A stretch of DNA of 62,933 nt, filler included, from Octopus bimaculoides (Eukaryota): NCBI RefSeq assembly GCF_001194135.2. It is 4 parts of 4 records of this genome, joined end to end, with 100 filler letters (N's around TTAATTAATTAA, not from the genome) between each part and the next. Parts side by side here need not be neighbours in the genome. Positions count along the whole stretch, not along the records: positions 50,163 to 62,933 come from NC_068981.1; 3 more parts are not named here. One strand, written 5' to 3'. Made by a program: the position numbers and the translations under genes. This document shows, piece by piece, positions 53,537-62,933 of the stretch. Position 1 is the first letter of the stretch, and every line of letters starts with the position of its first letter. The notes under the pieces are model-generated. The model was not told the origin of the DNA. It was given only the letters and a program-made list of their open reading frames with translations, and did not search any database.

Positions 53537-54205
53537 TTCGCTATCCAGGAATAAGACATAGCTATTAAACACCTGATAAACCAAAGAAACTAAAATTTAA
53601 GCAAACTGCTCAGTTGTAAAAGAAAACGCCGTCGATGCTGTATCATGGTAGAAGATATCACCCATATTTTCAGTAGCTGTCCCAGAATATCTACAATAAA
53701 CTATCATGCCTCAAGGGAAGCTAGCATCTCGTAGTCGCAAAGGTTAATTAAAACCTCATCCGAAGAATGGATTGCCCTGACGCATACATAAAAGCCATGC
53801 TAGAAACAGCAGATATTCACATATTTGAAAGCAAAGAATACTGGAGGAACAGTCCATTAAAAATAAAAATTCGCTGCAAGCATAACATATGTGATACTGT
53901 TCTGTGTGACAAGAAACATATGTCATACACATTTGTAGATGTCCGCTGCCCAACCCTTAAAAAAGAAACAGGTAAAAGAGATTAATGGTTAATTAAAGCG
54001 AAACTTACAACTCATATCCTGAATATAAAATCTAATTTTACCTAATATCGTAGGTGCATTAGACTATATACCTACGAATTTACACAAGAACATACAACTA
54101 CTAGGTTTTCCGAAGAGAAAAATAATCTGGCGCAGATTCTCCGAACCCAGGCTGTTAGTGGCACAATTATAATTTGAAAGAAATTGCAAAGCTTCAGACA
54201 TTGGG
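53537..54205 (+). mobile_element. Third-lineage, strongly decayed RLE-type non-LTR retrotransposon C-terminus
   Basis: Pieces: FAIQE*DIAIKHLINQR...RRCCIMVEDITHIFSSCP...EYWRNSPLKIKIRCKHNICDTVLCD...FVDVRCP...RNLQL.PEYK...NIVGALDYIP...LRTQAVSGT. Same domain order as the other RLE copies with different signature residues. Confidence 0.75.
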
Positions 54206-54409
54206 ACGTTTTTAGATGAATAGATAAATACTCAGACTTCGGTGTGTGCATGGATGGAGAGCACAAACACATATTGATAAACACCAGGGGCTCTCCTAAC
54301 TCAAAAGTATTGTCATTTTTCTCGCAACAAGTTTCAAAAGCTTATATAAAATTCCAAAACATTCATCCATCCACCCAAACATACATACATACATACATAC
54401 ATACACACA

Positions 54410-54440
<31 letters not shown>

Positions 54441-54649
54441 GTATAATATTTAAGCCATCCACAATTCTGCTTTTGTTACACATAATATATATGTGCCGTG
54501 AAATAAGTATGCCGTTATCCTTCAGTTTAATATAAAATTATTTCTATGTATAACTTAACATTAAACATTGTAGTAACCGTGAGTGTGCGTGTGTGTGTGC
54601 ATGTGTAATGATGTATACTCAAATAAGTGCATTTATAGATGTATATAAT

Positions 54650-54718
<69 letters not shown>

Positions 54719-54955
54719 TAGACATATAGATACACACATAAATGCATACACACATATATACTTACATACATATACATACATTCATACAAATAGATATCGA
54801 TATATGCTTGGAATTGTCGGGGACAATTGTCTATATGTTGGAGTTTTTCCTCTCGACACTTGATCTTTCTCCGTTTTAGACAGGCTTACGAAAGAGTAAT
54901 ACGTCTGACAGTGATATGTACCGTAATGTTGTATATTTGTTTTCGTTTAGGCAGA

Positions 54956-55169
54956 TTATCTGTGCACTACTCTTGGAAAATTCAATATTGTAAGGCTGGA
55001 GAATATCTTTAAATCTGCTTGGAACGAGCTATTTGTCGAGAATTCATGACATCGAGTGTGGTAATATTGAGCAATTTTATTTGGTTCAACAAATAACTCG
55101 TTCCATGCAGATTTAAAGATATTCTCCAGCCTTACAATATTGAATTTTCGTAGTGTAGTACACAGATAA
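54956..55169. repeat. 84-bp-arm inverted repeat (MITE-like or RNA hairpin) with a 46-nt loop
   Basis: Arms 54956-55039 and 55086-55169; 7 mismatches; 43 uninterrupted pairs (54976-55018); ends read TA|TCTGTG...CACAGA|TA. Confidence 0.93.
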
Positions 55170-58100
55170 ACATGTGGCCGCTATGTTTTCAGTAGCTGTA
55201 AACATTATTTAGCGTACGTACTCAACTTAACGATTATAGAAGATTCCATTTGGAATAATTGAGACTCAAGTTTCATTTTATAAGAATTTGCATTTTCCAT
55301 GAAGATTTGCATTTTGCTTGCATTTATCTGTCTTTGCTATACACCTGAGATATGGTCACCAGATCAATAAAGTATCACAAGTATGAGATTGTGGAGGAAA
55401 AATGATAGAATTACACACAATTAAAAGTTTGGTTTTAGCTATTGTTAAGACTTGGTTTAAAAGCACAATGCAATAATACAATTGAGTGATTTCTTCGATT
55501 CTCTACTGTAGGGAAATCCGTGTCTTAGAATCGTCGTACTTTAAGCTGCACTATTTTATGTATATTAGATTGTTCTTGAAATGCAGGCAACACTTCCTTG
55601 TTACTTCCGTTCGAGAGATACAAATAGCGATAATTTTCAAAGACCTAAATGTTGTTTTGTGACGTTAAGTCACTTTAGCTTCATTTTGAGTTGAAGACGC
55701 ACACCAAGGATCAATTCACTACAGAATATTCTGGACGCCGAAAAGTCATCACTTCTACTGCAATTGTTAGTGAATTGTGGCATATTATGTTTATGATGTT
55801 CATGCTGCAGCATCATAGAGCAAACTTATAATTATATAATTATTACAAGTACAATGTTTGGTGGAAATCTTCAGATCTGTATCTGATGAAAGTCGTATCT
55901 CGTGTTAACCAAACGTGACTCGTCAGTTCTGAAGTTTGTTTCAAAATCTAATAATCTATCCCATATGACAGAGCTGTTGGTAAGTGAGAAAAAATCTCAA
56001 ATATCAAGTGATGTGATCTTGAATAGTTAATATTGATAAAACGCACTGACTGAATTGGGAACTTTTAAAGAATTGTTCAGTCTAAGCTTAAGTACAAAAG
56101 AAGTACAATATTTGAGAATAATCCGTATTTCTTATATATCTTGTTCATCGGAAGTGACTATTTATTTCTCTATCGTCAGCGTACAACAAATCGTGAAATA
56201 GTAAAATAGTGCTACGAATGTTGCTAATGAAGTTCTGAAGGAATTGATATAGAATACAGGACAGTGACATATATTTCACAGACTTGAAGTACTTGAATAA
56301 TTACGAATGTAAGGCACACAGAAAACAACATTCGCAGAGTTTAACATCATAGTTGACACCAGCTTCTAGAAGACTCGATTCTGACTTAAAATTATTAGAT
56401 TTCATGTAGGACTCTTTGAAAGCGTGTAGATAGACAAGCCTATCAGTGAATGTCGGTGAGCTCACAGGTTTTCATCAATTCACTGATCCCAAAAGTTTTC
56501 TTTTTTAAACCAATAAAATTGTAAGTTTTGCATTATTCGCCACACAGCCAACATCAAAGAACGTCGAAGGACCAGTCATGATAATACTCGTTTTAATAAG
56601 CATCAAATATTATGGTTATAGAAAAGTTGCTTGTACAAAAGGAAAAATATATTCCCTATGTTTCAGCCATGTCCATGAGATGAAACAAAGAAAAACAAAA
56701 TGATAAATGAAGACATCAACACATGTTTCATGTTAGCATTCCTTCTCATTATGTTAACAGACCAGGGCAACATGAAAACAACGGGATTTTGATTTTGATG
56801 TGTTGCATCACTTACCCGGATGTTCTCAATAGAATTATGTGTCCATCAATCTGAATAGTCTGACTCTCTGTTTTGTCAACAGAGTGAGCATTTTTATGTT
56901 CATCCATTATTTAATACATTTTGATTTTTACCTTCCGTGGTTTCAAGCAAACTTCCTTCAGTAATCTAGATGAGATTTTCTTAAAGAGGGTTTGACCATG
57001 TAACTGATTATACGTCACAAGTACTACTCACAAACGTACGTCACATACAATGTACGTTGTTGAGTGCGTGCATGCGTGCGTAATTGTGTGTTTTTGTGTG
57101 TTTCACTGTGGATGTGGAAGTGCACACTCGTTTAAAAATGTTTCTCTCAGTATTAGTTATATGTAGGAAAAATATCAACTGCGAATATCACCATGTGATA
57201 TGGTATACTTAATGCGCCATTTCTTTTCTACTTTTTCAAATGTTTGTTTTTATGTTTATGCTTCGTTGACATAGCGTATTGCATCGGCCAGGCCTATATT
57301 GTTCCAAAATGCACTTTCTTTTCTCATTTTTGTGGTATATGTTTTGATTGTAGTATATGATTAGAGGGATATTGTTTGCTACTTCGATCACTCGAAAATA
57401 TCTTCCTATGAGAGTTAATGATAGCTTACGTAAGTAATCCAGAGCAACCTTAATGAGATATGAAATTATATACTTTCCATTGCTGCAGATAATTGTAGAA
57501 TATTTTAGAAATATTAATTTGGTATCCACTAAAGTAATAAACTGACTTAAATATCCGCTAAGACTAACAATCATTTCTCAAAATTATAATATAGGTCCTT
57601 GCTGTTCCTGTTGCTGTCATTTTGTTACAGGTAATATGTGAATGAGCAAATCAATGACGAAATAATTTCCGTTGTATTTTCAGATATTGTATGCCAAAGT
57701 AAACCTTATACATTGCCACAGTGATTTATTATAGTATTACTAAGGTGGTTTAGCTGCTATTTCTAACAATTGTATGACCATGTATATTAGTGGCAATTTG
57801 TGTAGGAACATACAGAGCATGGTTACTAGTTTGGCCCTGTGTTGCACACTAGCTTCGTATCTTTGCTAAGAGTCTCGTGGCAATGCCTAGTAAACAGTGG
57901 AATTTTTAATCTACATATCTAATACTCCTATCTCTCTTTTTTCACTCTCTCCATAACCTCTCTTTCTGTCTTTTTCTCTCTTTCTCTCTCTCTCTTTCTT
58001 TCTCCCTATTTTCTTACTCACTTTCTCCGAAATATCTGAGACAATTTCAATCTTCTTCAGGAAAATCCAGCCAAATCTTTCTAGACCAAGCATAGGCAAC

Positions 58101-59849
58101 GTTCATCTTGAGGCGAAGAGCATGAGACATGAATAGTCATCAGGCGGCCTGCGCGACAAAAATATATCAACATAATTTTTCGCTAGGGACTTCAGAAAGC
58201 TGGTTCATGACTGCTCTGAACTATGTCGAAATTATCATAGCTTCTGTAGCATCATTTAACATAAATACACACGAGAAACAGATTCGCGCAGTAATCTCTA
58301 CTTTAGATATTATTCATTTTCAAAAAGTAGAAGCTTTAGATTTATAATACCTTAAAGTCTAGTTTTTCCACAAGGAAAGGGTGTAATTTTCAAGCAAAAC
58401 GTAGGGGATATTTTGTATTATAAAGCTTAGATATTACATATTAAACTTATGAATATGTACGGTTAAGAATATGAAGTGCGGGATATTTTTGTATCTTGTG
58501 TGAACTCTTTGAAGCGCTAAGACACTGGATATAAACATATATTTATAAATGATTGCGTGAGTCAAATAATACTTTAGCGTTTGTGTATTAATCAGAGTGT
58601 GAGTAGTTACGTGAAGGAGTGAATCTGTGAAAGATTCATGAAGACACAGACAGTGCGCAGATGATTGAATTAATGAATGATGCAGTGAATGAGCGTATAA
58701 AGAAAACGGGTTAATAACCGTATCAATAACTTTGTGAGTGCCGTCAGTTGATGGGTTAGTAAGACGATATGTCAATGCCTCTGAGAGGGAACGTGTCACG
58801 ACTTGTGAAAGTGGATATGCTCGTCAATGAGTGATATAGAGAACAATACGTTGGAAGTACTTATATGATTGTTCCCTTCATATTTGGAATTAAACTACGA
58901 TAATAAATATAAGAATATAATATATACTACTTTAGATTTTACATGGGGAATACACATTTCATATACAGGCGCAAAGTTGCTCATTTTGAATCGATTAAAT
59001 TGGTCAAACTCTTTAAATAGTGTTTATTTTAATGAATATGGAAAGATAACATATATAATTGACTCCGTGAAATGTGAATACGATATGCAAAGAAGGAAAC
59101 TAAATAACACTCGGGAATATTTGCGGCACTCTAATATTTTTGTCATTCTAACTTCATAGCATATATCGAAAAATCGTAGCTACTAATAGAGAACATAGGG
59201 AAATGTGTATCACTTAAAATTTTTTTTCATTCTGAAATTAGTGTTTAAAGCATTGTTTTCTAAGAAACATTACAACGGCGAATCAATTTGTAAATTTTTC
59301 TGTAAGTTAATATATATCTTAAATATATTTCTATGCGGTGGGGCTGCTTTCTTACTGTTAAAATCATTCCTATGTTTTATTGAAAACCTGAGGACATTGC
59401 CAGTGATTTTTCTATTAGTATAGAAAAGAATAATCAATTATATCACTACTGTGCTTACGCTTGTGCAATAAAGCAGCTTCATCTATGGCGAAAGAGTGTT
59501 GAGATGTTCGATGGTCCTCTCTCATCGCATGGTTCCTGGTTCGGCCCTTGTCCACTAAGACTCTAGAAGCAATGCTCTAATAAACAGTGGAATTTTAATT
59601 GCTTGGTGGGATTTGAAATTCGAGTACAGCTATTCAAAATAATATAACATAGAGCGAAGTATCTGAAAGAGGAGGATTTCCAAGAGTTCCATGCTGTTGG
59701 TATTTTTGAAGTCGTAGCCCACTGATCAATAAGTTCATTATATAATTTCCGAATTTTTCCATCCTTCCTATAGCATGTTTTTCCTTTTTAATTATAATAT
59801 AGATTCGGGTGCCTAAAAGTATATCAGTGCATTATGGTACCTTCGGGCG

Positions 59850-59928
<79 letters not shown>

Positions 59929-61049
59929 TTTTGATTTTTAAGACATGAGGGTGAACCATTTTAACTAAAATTTGTGTAACTTCAAAAGAGCTCATTATGT
60001 TGTATATGTTCGATGTTCTTAATTCGAGGAGATTTTCACTTCTCTGTAACGAGTCACTGAGACTGCGGAAAGGAAATACAATGCGTTTTCATCTTCGGGT
60101 TAGTCAGTAAACACGTAAGAGTGTTTATATATCACCTTAAACTATAGTATGGAAATATTAATTCAAAAGAACGTAACGTATTGCAAAGCAATATCGTATT
60201 TCATGCATTTTAAAATAGCATTACGGACAAAAACGGAAAGAAATGGTCTGAACTTAATTGACTGGTAAAAGTATAGCCTTAGACTTGCATCAGTTTTCCA
60301 CTAGTCACAAATTAATTTCGTTTATGAAATGACTTATGAGAATCACTGTAATTTAGGTGAGCAGCGTAGAGGAAATCAAAATTACTATGATCCCACGTTT
60401 CAAACTTTATACAGGGTTTAATCTTTTTAAGACATTTCCCAAAGGACTACGCTTCATCATTTTTCTTGAAAACTTGGTGTAAATGTTTCTGTATATTGAC
60501 AGCTACAAGTGCTTGTACCGTTTTGGGAAATCTGGTCTTTTAAATTTTACGTTCCTTAAAGATTTTAGTTCAATTTTCTCCTTCCGCTTTTATTCTCGTG
60601 GCCGGTGGGATACAATGCATGATGAGACAAATACAAAGCAATTGTGGCAAAAAGAAAATGGAAATTTGATATGAAATTCTAAGACTCACAAACACACATA
60701 TTCACAAGCACACGGGTAAATGAGTATGCGTACAGCGGTTATGTAAAATCGCACATCAATGAACAAGCACATAAATGAACAAGCACGAAATAAATAAAGT
60801 TCAGAAATAAATTGATTTTAAAAGTAAATGATTGACAGTGACCAGGAGCATTTCCGTAAGCTTTCTTTACAATAAATACATACATACACATGCAAACGTA
60901 CATACATACATGCATGCATGGATGCACGCAAGCATATATACGTGCATACATACATGTATAAGGGATGGACACACACACGTATATGTGTGTGGGTGAGAGT
61001 GTGTGTGTATGTGTGTGTACGTCTGTGTGTTTGCGTGCACGCAATTATC

Positions 61050-61080
<31 letters not shown>

Positions 61081-62011
61081 NNNNNNNNNNNNNNNNNNNN
61101 NNNNNNNNNNNNNNNNNNNNNNNNNNNNNNNNNNNNNNNNNNNNNNNNNNNNNNNNNNNNNNNNNNNNNNNNNNNNNNNNNNNNNNNNNNNNNNNNNNNN
61201 NNNNNNNNNNNNNNNNNNNNNNNNNNNNNNNNNNNNNNNNNNNNNNNNNNNNNNNNNNNNNNNNNNNNNNNNNNNNNNNNNNNNNNNNNNNNNNNNNNNN
61301 NNNNNNNNNNNNNNNNNNNNNNNNNNNNNNNNNNNNNNNNNNNNNNNNNNNNNNNNNNNNNNNNNNNNNNNNNNNNNNNNNNNNNNNNNNNNNNNNNNNN
61401 NNNNNNNNNNNNNNNNNNNNNNNNNNNNNNNNNNNNNNNNNNNNNNNNNNNNNNNNNNNNNNNNNNNNNNNNNNNNNNNNNNNNNNNNNNNNNNNNNNNN
61501 NNNNNNNNNNNNNNNNNNNNNNNNNNNNNNNNNNNNNNNNNNNNNNNNNNNNNNNNNNNNNNNNNNNNNNNNNNNNNNNNNNNNNNNNNNNNNNNNNNNN
61601 NNNNNNNNNNNNNNNNNNNNNNNNNNNNNNNNNNNNNNNNNNNNNNNNNNNNNNNNNNNNNNNNNNNNNNNNNNNNNNNNNNNNNNNNNNNNNNNNNNNN
61701 NNNNNNNNNNNNNNNNNNNNNNNNNNNNNNNNNNNNNNNNNNNNNNNNNNNNNNNNNNNNNNNNNNNNNNNNNNNNNNNNNNNNNNNNNNNNNNNNNNNN
61801 NNNNNNNNNNNNNNNNNNNNNNNNNNNNNNNNNNNNNNNNNNNNNNNNNNNNNNNNNNNNNNNNNNNNNNNNNNNNNNNNNNNNNNNNNNNNNNNNNNNN
61901 NNNNNNNNNNNNNNNNNNNNNNNNNNNNNNNNNNNNNNNNNNNNNNNNNNNNATATATATATATATATATATATACATACATATATATATTTATATACAT
62001 ATCCATATATA

Positions 62012-62140
62012 CGACGGGCTGTTGTCAGCTTGTGTCCCCCAAATCCACTCAGGGGCCCTTGTTCGGCCTGTGGGTATAGTAGAAGACATTTGCCCAAGGT
62101 GTCACTCATTGGGTATGAACCGCAAACTATGCAGTTGGAC
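62012..62140 (-). mobile_element. SINE family A, diverged 5' half; a second decayed copy lies at ~62353-62468
   Basis: cgacgggc...aaatccactca...agtagaagacatttgcccaaggtg. Confidence 0.75.
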
Positions 62141-62616
62141 GAAAGTTTGTTTATCTTCACCCATTATAATTCCATCTTACTGCGGCCTCGAAGAATTTTA
62201 ATCGAAAGAATTGATTCCGATACTCATCTTATTTTAAAGATTGGTATTTATTCTATCAGTGTCTATTAACTCCGAAGCACAACATCTCCAGTAAACCGTG
62301 CGTGGAGTGGACCATCGCAGATACAAAGACACATAGTGACAAAGACATATATGACGGGATTCTTTCAGTTTCTCTCTGGCAAATCCACTCTAAGTGTTTC
62401 GTTCACCTACTTGTCCATCGTGCCACATCGTGCGACTGAGACCAGAAGCATGTGGTTGCGAATCAAGGTTGTTTGTTCTTAATCTATCTATATTGATATC
62501 TATCTATATAGATATTTATCTCTCTGTGTGTATGTATATGTGTCTATCTATCTATCTATTCATCTATCTATCTATCCAGCTAGCTAGCTAGCTAGCTTGA
62601 TAGATAGATAGATAAC

Positions 62617-62870
62617 TTTCTTTTATTAGCCACACAGGGCTGCACACAGAGGGGTCAAATACAACTGTAGAGCTTTTCTTAAATTTTTTTTTTTTTTTAA
62701 ATCCGATCAAAAGGGATCGGTAGGGGCAAAAAAAATGGGGGCGGTTTCGTATATCACAGAAAATGTCAATTGTGTAAAATGGGGTAACATTAGGTTTATC
62801 CATGGAGAGAAAAGCCTACGGAAAAGACCATGGTAACCTCAGCAGGGAACAGACACATGAGAGCGAAGTG
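62617..62870 (-). mobile_element. Probable LINE 3' end or 3' UTR (Tx1/L1-like) with AATAAA
   Basis: The minus strand ends ...ccctgtgtggctAATAAAagaaag, next to a (TATC)n tract. The family assignment is from memory only. Confidence 0.35.
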
Positions 62871-62933
62871 CTCTCTCTCTCTCTCTCTCTGTCTCTCTGC
62901 CTCTCTCTCTCTCTCTCTCTCTTTTTTTTCTCG

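Noticed and set aside
58079-58110. TTCTAGAC|CAAGCATAGGCAAC as a Buster-like hAT terminus
   Set aside because: Plausible end and target site, but no partner TIR or transposase sequence was found.

Overview
AT-rich eukaryotic draft-assembly DNA. About 9 kb (~14%) is N gaps, mostly bordered by (TA)n, (GA)n or (CA)n. The SINE families and microsatellite load look like an Octopus (coleoid cephalopod) genome; this is inferred from remembered repeat sequences, not from a search. I cannot support any intact host protein-coding gene: almost all long ORFs in the track read through N gaps or microsatellites. The window reads as intronic or intergenic DNA layered with transposons: (i) several tRNA/CORE-like SINE families; (ii) relics of mariner, two hAT families, an RTE LINE and possibly CR1 and Tx1-type LINEs; (iii) four fragments of restriction-like-endonuclease (RLE, R4/Dong-like) retrotransposons from at least three lineages, three of them within 4 kb. 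The most notable points are: RLE elements joined to (TAA)n microsatellites; a 538-bp non-coding element embedded in the same (TAA)n array (candidate non-autonomous passenger); a perfect snap-back hairpin at the 5' junction of one RLE copy; a Tc1/mariner-type MITE internally amplified into 4 x 85-bp tandem units; two long fold-back inverted repeats (possible dsRNA/ADAR substrates); and one pre-miRNA-sized hairpin. Micro-exon and recursive-splice motifs are reported only as low-confidence leads. No CRISPR array, rRNA or bona fide tRNA gene is supported.
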